NCBI GenBank assembly: GCA_044221225.1
Contig: JBGAPQ010000018.1
Coordinates: 10,809 to 74,808 of the forward strand
DNA from: Chitinophagaceae bacterium
GTDB taxonomy: Bacteria > Bacteroidota > Bacteroidia > Chitinophagales > Chitinophagaceae
Reading direction: 5' to 3'
DNA: 64,000 bases
Under the pieces are notes generated by a model. That model saw only the letters and a list, made by a program, of their open reading frames with translations, ran no database searches and was not told the DNA's origin. Numbering within the stretch: position 1 is the stretch's first letter; each line of letters starts with the position of its first letter. The position numbers and the translations under genes are program-made. Of the stretch, positions 39,005-48,972 are shown piece after piece.

Positions 39005-39035
39005 GAAAGTAAATATTTTATGATTTGTGGCACAT

Positions 39036-40334
39036 TTAACTCTTTGCAAATGCACTAATCCCTTCCACCAGCACATCCAAATTCTTAGTTGTTGTATACA
39101 CATTCGGTGTTACCCTTACCCCCATTATATTTTCCCATGTTATGGCCACGGTATGCACTTTATATTTATCCAGCAGAAATGAATCTAATTCATTGGGCTT
39201 TCTTCCTTCTATGCCCACATTACCGATAGCGCAGCCCCATTTTGGATTAAGTGAGGTATTCAGTTTCACTTTGGGAATATCTTTTACTTTCTCCATCCAG
39301 TAATTTTTCAGGTAATGCAGCCTTTTTTGTTTCCGCTCTATCCCAATCATATCATGAAACTCGATGGCTTTACCAATTGCCTGCTCAATAAAGAAAGGAC
39401 GGGTACCAAGGTTTTCAAATTTTCTTATATCGTCTTTCAGCGGGTTATCTGAAGTTGCAAACAGAGGGTACAGGTTTTTGATCTTTTCCTTTTTTACATA
39501 CAACATACCGCTTCCAATTGGTGCATATAACCATTTATGTAAACTGGCGGCAAAGTAATCTGCATCCAGGTCTGGTATCTTAAAATCAAAATGGGCAAAG
39601 CTGTGAGCACCATCCACTACTACCTCAATTCCTCTTTTATGCGCTTCCGCTGCGATCTTCTTCACCGGCAATATCTGCCCGTTCCAGTTGATGATATGAG
39701 TAATATGCACCACTTTAGTTTTAGCAGAAAAGGCATTTACATATTGCTGCACCAAATAATTTTCATTCTCGCTGGGCAGTTCAAGATTTATCCATACCAT
39801 TTTTATTCCGTCACGAAGCTCCCTTTGCTTATAGGCATTGATCATATTGGGATAATCCTGTTTAGCGGCCACTACTTCATCCCCTGCTTTTAGTTGCAAG
39901 CCAAAAATAACAGTCTCCAGACCTTCTGATGAGTTCCTGTTTATAACAATTTCCTCAGCATCACACCCAGCCAACTTCGCCAGGTTCTTCCTGAGTGGTT
40001 CACGGCCCTGATCAAGAGTTCGCCACATATAAAAACTTGGTGCCTCATTACTCAGATCATAATACCTTTTCATAGCATCCTGGACTGTTTTAGGCGCCGG
40101 CGAAACACCCCCATTATTTAAATTGATCAATGAAGGCGAAACAGTAAATGATTGTTGTATATAATACCAGAAATCTTCTTCTGATGCCAGATCATCCGGA
40201 GCTATTCCTTCTGCATCCCGCAAGACACTTTCAAGATTACGGCTCCATGCAGGTTGCGCAAGAGATGAAAATAAAGCTGTGGCTGAAAATAATCCTGCTT
40301 TGCGCAAGAAACGGCGACGGTTTGTAGCAGACAT
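39036..40334 (-). CDS. Aminotransferase class V-fold PLP enzyme with a twin-arginine (Tat) signal
   Basis: 432 aa. The N-terminus NRRRFLRKAGLFSATALFSSLAQPAWS is a Tat signal. SLHKWLYAPIGSG carries the PLP lysine context of class V / isopenicillin-N-epimerase-like enzymes. Confidence 0.75.
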   Translation of the reverse strand: MSATNRRRFLRKAGLFSATALFSSLAQPAWSRNLESVLRDAEGIAPDDLASEEDFWYYIQQSFTVSPSLINLNNGGVSPAPKTVQDAMKRYYDLSNEAPSFYMWRTLDQGREPLRKNLAKLAGCDAEEIVINRNSSEGLETVIFGLQLKAGDEVVAAKQDYPNMINAYKQRELRDGIKMVWINLELPSENENYLVQQYVNAFSAKTKVVHITHIINWNGQILPVKKIAAEAHKRGIEVVVDGAHSFAHFDFKIPDLDADYFAASLHKWLYAPIGSGMLYVKKEKIKNLYPLFATSDNPLKDDIRKFENLGTRPFFIEQAIGKAIEFHDMIGIERKQKRLHYLKNYWMEKVKDIPKVKLNTSLNPKWGCAIGNVGIEGRKPNELDSFLLDKYKVHTVAITWENIMGVRVTPNVYTTTKNLDVLVEGISAFAKS

Positions 40335-40479
40335 AATAATTGATTTATCCTCCTAAATGTACTGAAAAGGAAGAAGCAAACTCAACTGGTGATGTTTGCA
40401 GTAAAGGTGTTGGCTACATACATAAAAAAAACTATCTTCCAAGCCCGTCTGACGGTCAGGCAGGTTCAACTTTTCATAT

Positions 40480-43128
40480 ATGAAAATCCTTGAGATCAAA
40501 GTGCTGAAAGGCCCCAATTACTGGAGTGTGCGCCGCACCAAACTGATCCAGATGAAACTGGATCTGGAAGAAAAAGAGAATATGCCAACGAATAAGATTC
40601 CGGGGTTCAGGGAACGGTTGGAACAATTGCTTCCCTCCTTATATGAACATCGCTGCAGCGTGGGAGAACCGGGTGGTTTTTTTCAACGGGTGGATGAAGG
40701 CACCTGGATGGGGCATGTAGTGGAGCATATAGCTTTGGAGATTCAGACATTGGCCGGAATGGATACTGGTTTCGGAAGGACAAGAACTCCTGAAGGGGAA
40801 AAAGAAGGTGTATACTATGTGGTGTTCAGTTATATGGAAGAAGATGCCGGTGTATATGCGGCGAAAGCTGCAGTAAGAATTGCACAAGCATTGATTGATG
40901 GAACTGCGTATGATCTGTCGGAAGATATTCAAAGAATGCGGGAGATCAGGGAAGACACACGGCTAGGGCCTTCCACGGGTTGCATTGTAGAAGAAGCAGC
41001 CAAAAGAGGAATTCCTTACATAAGATTGAATAAACAAAGTTTAGTGCAGCTCGGTTATGGAGTAAATCAAAAAAGAATAAGGGCCACTATTGCATCGACC
41101 ACCGGGAATATTGCTGTTGACATTGCCTGTGACAAAGAAGAAACAAAGGCATTACTCGAGGCAGCAGAGATACCGGTTCCAAGAGGTACGGTGATAAGAA
41201 CAGAAGCCGGCCTGGATGAAGCAATAGAAAAATTTGGTTACCCACTGGTGATAAAACCCATCGATGGCAATCATGGTAAAGGCAATACCACCAATATCAC
41301 CAACAGGGAACAGGCAATCAAAGCATTTGAAGCCGCCAAAGTTTACAGTCGCAGTGTGATCGTTGAACGATTTATCACCGGCTACGATTTCCGCTGCCTG
41401 GTTATTAATTATAAATTCATTTGTGCGGCGTTGAGAACCCCGGCTTCTGTTGTAGGAGATGGTGCACACAATATTCAATGGCTGATTGATGAAACCAATA
41501 AAGATCCTCGCCGCGGTTATGGGCATGAAAAAGTACTGACACAAATCACCGTTGACCAGTTTACTCAAAAGATGCTGGATGATGCCAATATTACATTGGA
41601 ACATATTCCTGCAAAAGGTGAAAGAGTTTTACTAAAACCTACTGCTAATCTTTCTACTGGTGGTACATCTACTGATGTAACGGATGAAGTACACCCGGCG
41701 AATATTTTTATGTTTGAACGTATTGCCAAGATCATCGGGCTTGACATATGTGGTATTGATGTTATGGCAACAGATTTAAGAACTCCTGTTGCGGAAAATG
41801 GGGGAGCCATCCTTGAAGTAAATGCAGCACCCGGTTTCCGTATGCATATAGAACCGGCTGAAGGTTTACCCAGGAATGTGGCTGAACCTGTTGTTGATAT
41901 GCTGTTTCCAAAGGGCAGTGCAGGAAGAATTCCCATCATTGCTATTACAGGAACAAATGGAAAAACAACCACTACAAGACTGACAGCACATATTGCCAAA
42001 AGTGCTGGCAAAAAAGTTGGATATACCACTTCTGATGGTGTGTACATCCAGAATCAGCTGATGATGAAAGGAGATTGTACTGGTCCCATTTCATCAGCCT
42101 TTGTATTGAAGGATCCGACTGTTGATTTTGCAGTACTGGAATGTGCAAGGGGCGGTATTTTAAAAGCAGGATTGGCTTTTCAAAATTGCGAAGTGGCGGT
42201 GGTGACCAATGTAGCTGCCGATCATATTGGTTTGGGTGGTATCAACAGTGTGGAGGCAATGGCAAAAGTAAAAGCCGTGGTTCCCGAAACTGTTTTTCCA
42301 CATGGGTATGCAGTACTTAATGCAGATGATGATCTTGTATATAAAATGAAGTATGACCTGAAATGCAATATCGCCTTATTCAGTATGGATGAAACCAATC
42401 CAAGAATAAAACAACATTGCAATGATAATGGTCTTGCCTGTGTGTATGAAAATGGCTATGTCACCATCATGAAAGGAAACTGGAAAATAAGAGTACTGCC
42501 AGCCAGGGACATCCCCCTGACTTATGAAGCCAAAGCCGTGCATAATATCAATAACTGTTTACCGGCTGTTCTTTCTGCTTATTTATTCCGTGATATTACC
42601 ATTGATGATATACGCATCGGGTTGCAAACATTTATTCCGAGTGAGAGCCTGACACCAGGTCGCCTGAATTTTTTCCATTTCAAGAACTTTACCATGCTGG
42701 CAGATTTTGCACATAACCCGCATGGCTTAAAGTTGCTTTGTGATTTTGTCAGCAAACTGGACTACCCGGCAAAAATTGGAGTTATCAGCGGTACCGGCGA
42801 CCGCCGGGATGAAGACATCCGTGAACTAGGAGAAATTTCCGCTACTTATTTTGATGAGATCATTATCAGATGCGATAAGAACCTGAGAGGAAGAACAGCA
42901 GACGAGATCATTGATTTGCTGAAAGAAGGTATCAATAAAGTAAATCCTTCTATACCTGTGCTGACTATTCCTAACGAAGACCAGGCCCTGGATCATATAT
43001 ATGAAAATCATAAACCCGGTGCCCTGTATACTATTATGTGCGATGTGGTGGCAAGGGCATTAGATAAGATTAAAGAGCTAAAAGTAAGGGAAGAAAAAGA
43101 AGGAGCTAAAGCGCCACAAACAGTATAA
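40480..43128 (+). CDS. cphA: Cyanophycin synthetase CphA
   Basis: 882 aa. It has the N-terminus MKILEIKVLKGPNYWS, an ATP-grasp domain, and a Mur-ligase-like domain with ITGTNGKTTT. Confidence 0.95.
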   Translation: MKILEIKVLKGPNYWSVRRTKLIQMKLDLEEKENMPTNKIPGFRERLEQLLPSLYEHRCSVGEPGGFFQRVDEGTWMGHVVEHIALEIQTLAGMDTGFGRTRTPEGEKEGVYYVVFSYMEEDAGVYAAKAAVRIAQALIDGTAYDLSEDIQRMREIREDTRLGPSTGCIVEEAAKRGIPYIRLNKQSLVQLGYGVNQKRIRATIASTTGNIAVDIACDKEETKALLEAAEIPVPRGTVIRTEAGLDEAIEKFGYPLVIKPIDGNHGKGNTTNITNREQAIKAFEAAKVYSRSVIVERFITGYDFRCLVINYKFICAALRTPASVVGDGAHNIQWLIDETNKDPRRGYGHEKVLTQITVDQFTQKMLDDANITLEHIPAKGERVLLKPTANLSTGGTSTDVTDEVHPANIFMFERIAKIIGLDICGIDVMATDLRTPVAENGGAILEVNAAPGFRMHIEPAEGLPRNVAEPVVDMLFPKGSAGRIPIIAITGTNGKTTTTRLTAHIAKSAGKKVGYTTSDGVYIQNQLMMKGDCTGPISSAFVLKDPTVDFAVLECARGGILKAGLAFQNCEVAVVTNVAADHIGLGGINSVEAMAKVKAVVPETVFPHGYAVLNADDDLVYKMKYDLKCNIALFSMDETNPRIKQHCNDNGLACVYENGYVTIMKGNWKIRVLPARDIPLTYEAKAVHNINNCLPAVLSAYLFRDITIDDIRIGLQTFIPSESLTPGRLNFFHFKNFTMLADFAHNPHGLKLLCDFVSKLDYPAKIGVISGTGDRRDEDIRELGEISATYFDEIIIRCDKNLRGRTADEIIDLLKEGINKVNPSIPVLTIPNEDQALDHIYENHKPGALYTIMCDVVARALDKIKELKVREEKEGAKAPQTV

Positions 43129-43203
43129 TTTCTTTCAAAAACCATTTGGGAGAAAAGGCATATAGCCCTATTTTTGCACTCCAATTGAAAATTGGAACAG
43201 GAT

Positions 43204-43274
43204 TGACCCATGGTGTAATGGTAGCACTACTGATTTTGGTTCAGTCAGTTAAGGTTCGAATCCTTATGGGTCAA
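43204..43274 (+). tRNA. tRNA-Gln (TTG)
   Basis: Hand-folded. The acceptor is TGACCCA/TGGGTCA. The anticodon arm is ACTGA-TTTTGGT-TCAGT. The T-loop is GGTTCGAATCC. Confidence 0.85.
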
Positions 43275-43275
43275 C

Positions 43276-43308
43276 AAAGGCCCCGCTTTACGGCGGGGCC
43301 TTTGATTT
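43276..43308 (+). terminator. Rho-independent terminator after tRNA-Gln (also faces the convergent gene)
   Basis: The hairpin is aaaggccccgc-tttacg-gcggggccttt, followed by tttgattt. Confidence 0.75.
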
Positions 43309-43340
43309 ATACCGTCTCAGATTGATTCATTTTTATACAC

Positions 43341-45821
43341 TTAACGGATCAAAGTAATACTTCCCTTTTTAAAAATGGTTTTACCCGTGTAATCAATACC
43401 CTGAACCATAAATACAAAATTGTTGGTATCTTGTAATAATCCTTTAATTCTTCCATCCCAACCTCTTCCCATCTGGTTAGTACTGAAAACTAGCTGCCCC
43501 CAGCGGTTGAAAACCCGGAAAAAATCCAACTGTTTAATACCAACACAAATTGGGTAAATATTGTCATTTAATCCGTCATTATTCGGCGTGAATCCGGTAG
43601 GAACAAAAATATCAGGGCCGGTTTTGAAAATAGTTACTTTAATATCATCCTCCCCATAGCAACCGTCGGCATTGGTGGCTCTTACAATATAGGTAATTGA
43701 CTCTCCCATTTCCGGTCCCAATGTGGCAACAGGATTATATATATTGGTAAAATCTAACCCAAAAGAAGGCGTCCAGTTAAATATATTAGCTTCAGGATCA
43801 CTGACTGAAGCTTGTAATTGCAGAGGCTGGTTAACCACAACTGATGTATCATTCCCGGCGAAAACAAAAATGCGGGGCGTTACAATAACATGAAAAGTAT
43901 CTTTTAAGGTGTTGGGACAACCGGCATTCGTTACTGTAAGAATATAATCAGTTGTTAGCCTGGGTGTGGCAACAGCATTAATAATATGCGGAAGGGTGCT
44001 TATGGTGCCGCTTCCCTGGCCTGATAGTGTACTGGTATTACTCCAGGTATAACCGGAACCTGTAGTAATAGTAGCATTCAGTATACCCGACTTACCATAA
44101 CAGATCGTTTGCACGTCAGGAGAAATACTGGCTGCCGGAAATGGTACATTTATAAAATTAATGGTGGCCACGGAACTTGTATCTGCAGGACACACTCCAC
44201 TTTTTATAATTGTTCTGTAATAAACAGTAGCGCTTACAGAGCCCACGTTGTAGGAAGAATCAGTTTTAACCGGTGTAAAACTGATCCAATTTGTATTATC
44301 ATTAGACAATTGCCAGTTGAGTACAGACCCGGTATTCCCGGAAAGAGTAACTGTGTTGTTTACATTCTGTCCGAGGCAAATATTAGTATTTGCAGGACTT
44401 AAATTTCCTCCAATAGTTTTTGGATCCACAGTAATTATCGCAGCAGCACTTGTATCGGCTCTGCAGGCAGGTCCATTCTGAACTACGGCTTTATATGTAG
44501 TGGTAGCAGTCAGATTTTGCGCAGTATAATTGTTTGTGTTATTAGCAATGGGTACCCAGCTTATACCATCGGTTGATGATATCCAGTTCAAAACACTTCC
44601 CACTTGCCCACTTAAAGTCAGGAAACTGCTGTTGACACCAGAACAAACAATACTATTGCTATTTACCTGTCCTGCAACAGTAGCAGGAGATGCTGTTACA
44701 TTTATAGTATCCCTGAGATCTGCACAACCATTTATTTCACGAGCTGTAATGATTCCGCTGGCAGTTCCCGGTGTTACAGTAATAATATTTGTGTTTGCTC
44801 CTGAATTAATAGTCCACCCTGCCGGAACAGTCCAATTATATATAGCTCCGGCCAAAGCAGGAATTGAATAGGTTAAAGATGTATTGGTACAGGCTACCGG
44901 GCTTCCACTGATTTCAAGGCCTGCACAGGTGTTCCGGAGAGCTACATAGGCGTAGGCAAAGTGGCCGCCTGGCGTACAATTATCGGATTCAAAAGTCAGG
45001 CTTACCTGCTGTCCCCGGTAAGGGGAAAGATCAAATGTTACTTCGGTCCACCCTTTGGTCCATACGTCATAAAGTAATGTGCCTGCTGTATTATTTTGCC
45101 CGGTATGCGATAAAAAAGGAACAGGGCTAAGCGAAAATCCATTAGCTATAGCTCTTGCCGTGTCAAGCGTAGCACCTGTAGAACCACCTCCACCACCGGC
45201 ATTATTGAATGTTGGCAGATAATACTGCGGGGATGCACAGGTAATAACACTATCCGTAGTTGTAAGAGTTGCTTTAAACAGCGGTTGCTGGTTCGAATTA
45301 TGCGTACCATTCTCCAGCACCATTGCATAGGCATATGTCATTGTATAAGGTTCAGACACTGATCCGGCAGGCACATTGATTGTATAAGTAATTGACCTCG
45401 TAAACCCTCCCGGATTGCTGTTTGTAGCATGCAGATCCCAGGAAGTGGCAGTAGAACCTATCTGAACAGAATGTCCATAAGCATATCCATTGATTGTAGG
45501 GATGGTTGGAAAACTACCATAAAGGTCAGAACCCTGCGTGGTAATTACCCTAATACCTGTATTTGAAATAGTATACTCCGGGATAGTTGAAACGCCGGTA
45601 TTAGGTGCTGGGTAATTTGTAGCTCCTCCCCCAACCAACCCTGTTTTGGCAGACCAGGAAGATATATCACCTGAAGTAAAGTTGATATTTGCAGGACAGG
45701 TTTGTGATTGAGAAAATGCCTGAAAGCTAAAAAGTACAGTTATGCAGCAACCAAGAAATACTCCTGGTTTATGTTTCATAACTGCCTTATAATCTGTTGC
45801 TTTCATATTCGGGTAATTCAT
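43341..45821 (-). CDS. T9SS type-B C-terminal-domain surface protein with Ig/PKD-like repeats
   Basis: 826 aa with a signal peptide and repeated Cys-containing Ig-like modules. The C-terminus FVPTGFTPNNDGLNDNIYPI...FNRWGQLVF...WDG matches the gliding-motility/T9SS type-B sorting domain. The true start may be the internal MKHKPG. Confidence 0.75.
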   Translation of the reverse strand: MNYPNMKATDYKAVMKHKPGVFLGCCITVLFSFQAFSQSQTCPANINFTSGDISSWSAKTGLVGGGATNYPAPNTGVSTIPEYTISNTGIRVITTQGSDLYGSFPTIPTINGYAYGHSVQIGSTATSWDLHATNSNPGGFTRSITYTINVPAGSVSEPYTMTYAYAMVLENGTHNSNQQPLFKATLTTTDSVITCASPQYYLPTFNNAGGGGGSTGATLDTARAIANGFSLSPVPFLSHTGQNNTAGTLLYDVWTKGWTEVTFDLSPYRGQQVSLTFESDNCTPGGHFAYAYVALRNTCAGLEISGSPVACTNTSLTYSIPALAGAIYNWTVPAGWTINSGANTNIITVTPGTASGIITAREINGCADLRDTINVTASPATVAGQVNSNSIVCSGVNSSFLTLSGQVGSVLNWISSTDGISWVPIANNTNNYTAQNLTATTTYKAVVQNGPACRADTSAAAIITVDPKTIGGNLSPANTNICLGQNVNNTVTLSGNTGSVLNWQLSNDNTNWISFTPVKTDSSYNVGSVSATVYYRTIIKSGVCPADTSSVATINFINVPFPAASISPDVQTICYGKSGILNATITTGSGYTWSNTSTLSGQGSGTISTLPHIINAVATPRLTTDYILTVTNAGCPNTLKDTFHVIVTPRIFVFAGNDTSVVVNQPLQLQASVSDPEANIFNWTPSFGLDFTNIYNPVATLGPEMGESITYIVRATNADGCYGEDDIKVTIFKTGPDIFVPTGFTPNNDGLNDNIYPICVGIKQLDFFRVFNRWGQLVFSTNQMGRGWDGRIKGLLQDTNNFVFMVQGIDYTGKTIFKKGSITLIR

Positions 45822-46218
45822 TCAGGCAAATTTGCCGGTCACATTTACACTTAACGTTTAATAAGCTTTGTTATTACCATTGGAATGAAATTAAATGGAT
45901 ATCTGCCCCGGGAAATAACAACAATCAAATTTATCATATCCTTCCGGAAATTTTTATGATCCCCGCCAATTACCAGAAATGAATCGGTAATCAGGGTTAA
46001 AAGGTTTCCCGGTAGTTACCTTTTAATGCATTGCTAAACAAAAATCCAAGTCATCATTCCTAAAAAAGACCTTTTATTATTAACTCTCAAAGAATCCATT
46101 AAGATACAAGAAACACCAGAAAGGTTTAAAGCAACTGGGACTATATTTTGCACATACTGGCCCTGTTACTTCTGAAACCGTTTCATTGCTTTTCCTGAAG
46201 CAATAAATAAAAGGAATA

Positions 46219-47082
46219 TTATTTTAAAACTGAAAGGCAGGTTGCAAGGCTTATTTTCCAGTCCTTCAGACTGATATTGAAAACGGAAACAATTTTTGAT
46301 TTATCCAGCACTGAATAAGCAGGTCTTTTTGCCGGAGTGGGGTACTGCGATGTCGGGATGGGGTTTATTGTACAACTGCTTCCACTCAATTCTTTTATTG
46401 CTACAGCAAAATCATACCAGTTTATTTCTCCTTCATTACTGAAGTGATAAATTCCCGGATTCCATTGACCGGATGAAATAATTTTCATAATTGCAGCAGC
46501 AAGATCTGCTGCATAAGTAGGCGAGCCAACCTGGTCGCATACAACATTAAGAGATTCCCGTTCACTCATCAATTTGAGCATAGTCTTTACAAAATTCTTT
46601 CCAAACTCAGAATAAACCCATGAAGTGCGGATGATAATGGAATCGGGATTGAATTGAAAAGCCTGCTTTTCTCCCTCCAGTTTGGAAGCCCCATAAACAC
46701 TTTGAGGATTAGTAGCAGCATCGGTTTTATAGGGTGATGATGCAGTGCCATCGAAAACATAATCTGTGGAAATATGGATAAAGCCGGTATTGAACTCTTT
46801 ACAAACAGCTGCCAGCACCCCCGTTGACTCTCCATTTACCTGGAAAGCCAGATCTTTTTCAGACTCTGCTTTATCTACAGCAGTATAGGCTGCACAGTTA
46901 ATTAAATACCGGGGATGGTATCCTTTAAAAAAATTCCGTACCAGCTCAAAATGATGAATTGGTAAATCTTCCCTTGATAAGAACACAAACTCATATTGAG
47001 GAAAAGAAGACTCCAACTGCCTCAGTTCTTTCCCTAACTGGCCATTGGCACCTGTAACCAGTATTTTGGGTTTAGCCTCCAT
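46219..47082 (-). CDS. rfbD: dTDP-4-dehydrorhamnose reductase
   Basis: 287 aa with the Rossmann motif ILVTGANGQLG, YGASKLEGE (YxxxK), and adjacency to rfbC. Confidence 0.9.
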   Translation of the reverse strand: MEAKPKILVTGANGQLGKELRQLESSFPQYEFVFLSREDLPIHHFELVRNFFKGYHPRYLINCAAYTAVDKAESEKDLAFQVNGESTGVLAAVCKEFNTGFIHISTDYVFDGTASSPYKTDAATNPQSVYGASKLEGEKQAFQFNPDSIIIRTSWVYSEFGKNFVKTMLKLMSERESLNVVCDQVGSPTYAADLAAAIMKIISSGQWNPGIYHFSNEGEINWYDFAVAIKELSGSSCTINPIPTSQYPTPAKRPAYSVLDKSKIVSVFNISLKDWKISLATCLSVLK

Positions 47083-47087
47083 ACTTG

Positions 47088-47642
47088 TTAGAATACAAAA
47101 CTGTTTTTACATTCTGCCAATGTGGGCAACACCTGATCTTTTTCTGAAATAATTGCTTCTTCAGCGGGAATCTTCCAGTCAATATCCAGGGCTGGATCAT
47201 TGTAAATAATACCTCCTTCACTTTCCCGGCTGTAAAACCCATCACATTTATATAATACCTCGGCTTTTTCACTCAAAACAGAAAACCCATGCGCAAATCC
47301 TTTGGGGACCAATAACTGTTTTTTATTTTCTGCAGACAATATTATGGTGAAAACTTTACCATAAACAGGAGAACCTCGCCGGATGTCAACCACTACATCT
47401 AAAATCTCGCCATTCAAAACTCTCACCATTTTTGTCTGGTCGTTGGGAGGAAGCTGATAATGCAGGCCCCTTATAACGCCATATACAGAAGAAGACTGGT
47501 TATCCTGGACCCAATGGGTATTAATTCCCTGTTCCAGGAATATCCGCTCATTATAAGATTCAAAAAAATATCCGCGGCTGTCTTCGAATACTCTCGGTTC
47601 AAAAACCAGCAAGCCTGGAAAATTTGTTTTAATAAATGGCAT
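47088..47642 (-). CDS. rfbC: dTDP-4-dehydrorhamnose 3,5-epimerase
   Basis: 184 aa with FEDSRGYFFE, IRGLHYQ and PKGFAHGF. Confidence 0.95.
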   Translation of the reverse strand: MPFIKTNFPGLLVFEPRVFEDSRGYFFESYNERIFLEQGINTHWVQDNQSSSVYGVIRGLHYQLPPNDQTKMVRVLNGEILDVVVDIRRGSPVYGKVFTIILSAENKKQLLVPKGFAHGFSVLSEKAEVLYKCDGFYSRESEGGIIYNDPALDIDWKIPAEEAIISEKDQVLPTLAECKNSFVF

Positions 47643-47643
47643 A

Positions 47644-48933
47644 TTACAGGCTCCAGTAAGTTCTGTTAGAAATTTTATTACGGTAAATCCCTTTAAGGTC
47701 GGCGATCATCGCCTGGGGCTTTGTAATATTTGCAAAATACTTTTCATCAAGTTCCTTGTATTGTTTATGGGGAACAGGAATAATCACTGCATCATAATCA
47801 CTGGCAATACTCTTAACCAATCCAAACCCATATTCATGCTCCAGTTCATCTGAGTCAGCATGAGGGTCTTCTACTTCCACATTCACATAAAATTCTTTCA
47901 GTGCATTTACAACATCGCTCACTTTGGAATTGCGGATATCACTAACATCCTCTTTGAACGTAGCGCCTTTTATCAATACCTTGGAGGACTTAACATCCCC
48001 GTTATTTTTAATGATATGCTGAATTACTTTCTTGGCCACATATTTACCCATATTATCATTAATACTTCTTCCGGATAAGATTACCTCTGAATGATAACCC
48101 AACTCTTTTGCTTTATAGGTAAGATAATAGGGATCCACACCTATACAGTGCCCCCCTACCAATCCGGGCTGAAATTTTAAGAAATTCCATTTTGTACCGG
48201 CAGCATCAAGTACTTCATATGTATTAATACTCATCTTATCAAAAATAATTGAAAGCTCATTCATCAAAGCTATGTTCAGGTCTCTTTGTGTATTTTCAAT
48301 TATTTTGGCGGCTTCTGCCACTTTAATCGATGAGGCTCTGTGAACACCTGCCTTCACTACCAATTCATATGTTTTTGCAATTTCCTCAAGTGATTCAGCA
48401 TCACAACCGGAAACCACTTTTACAATAGTTGCCAGTGTATGGTTTTTATCACCCGGGTTGATTCGCTCCGGAGAATAGCCCAGTTTGAAGTCAGTTACAT
48501 TTTTAAGGCCTGATAGTTTTTCAATAATTGGTAAGCAATCTTCTTCAGTACAGCCGGGATAAACGGTTGACTCAAAAACAACATAATCTCCCTTTTTTAT
48601 CACTTTACCTACGGTTTCAGATGCTTTTTGTACTGGTGTTAGGTCAGGTACGTTATGTTCATCAACAGGTGTGGGTACGGCTACTATGAAAAATTTGGCC
48701 TCCCGCAATACATCCAGCGAGTCAGTAAATGTAATGTCACAGCCTTCAAATGCTTCTTTTTCCAGTTCATTACTGGGATCTATCCCCTGCTTCATCATTT
48801 CAATACGCTTTGCGCTGATATCAAAACCAATTACAGATATTTTACGGGCAAATTCCAATGCAATAGGCAAGCCTACATATCCCAATCCGATAACGGCAAG
48901 CTTTACTTTTTTGTCTACTAATTCCTGGTACAT
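47644..48933 (-). CDS. Nucleotide-sugar (UDP-N-acetyl-hexosamine) 6-dehydrogenase, TviB/WecC/Cap5O-like
   Basis: 429 aa with the N-terminal Rossmann motif AVIGLGYVGLP and the catalytic Cys context GGHCIGVDPYY. Confidence 0.85.
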   Translation of the reverse strand: MYQELVDKKVKLAVIGLGYVGLPIALEFARKISVIGFDISAKRIEMMKQGIDPSNELEKEAFEGCDITFTDSLDVLREAKFFIVAVPTPVDEHNVPDLTPVQKASETVGKVIKKGDYVVFESTVYPGCTEEDCLPIIEKLSGLKNVTDFKLGYSPERINPGDKNHTLATIVKVVSGCDAESLEEIAKTYELVVKAGVHRASSIKVAEAAKIIENTQRDLNIALMNELSIIFDKMSINTYEVLDAAGTKWNFLKFQPGLVGGHCIGVDPYYLTYKAKELGYHSEVILSGRSINDNMGKYVAKKVIQHIIKNNGDVKSSKVLIKGATFKEDVSDIRNSKVSDVVNALKEFYVNVEVEDPHADSDELEHEYGFGLVKSIASDYDAVIIPVPHKQYKELDEKYFANITKPQAMIADLKGIYRNKISNRTYWSL

Positions 48934-48972
48934 TTTTTAAAGGTTTAATCAATTAATAAGGTAAACGGTTCA

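Noticed and set aside
37584-39103. ORF 37584-37832 and the ATG-39103 start of the permease
   Set aside because: The first overlaps the permease 3' end and the cyanophycinase 5' region with non-protein-like sequence. The second would overlap the upstream aminotransferase gene by 68 nt and adds a Cys/Trp-rich, non-conserved-looking N-terminus.
40446-40466. Shared motif caggcaggtt between the cphA upstream region and the tuf/tRNA-Trp spacer (11985-11996) as evidence of a repeat family
   Set aside because: The exact match is only about 10 nt, too short to distinguish from chance without a genome-wide count.
41152-42047. Two antisense ORFs (150 and 160 aa) inside cphA
   Set aside because: They are antisense to an unambiguous cyanophycin synthetase gene and have no motifs.
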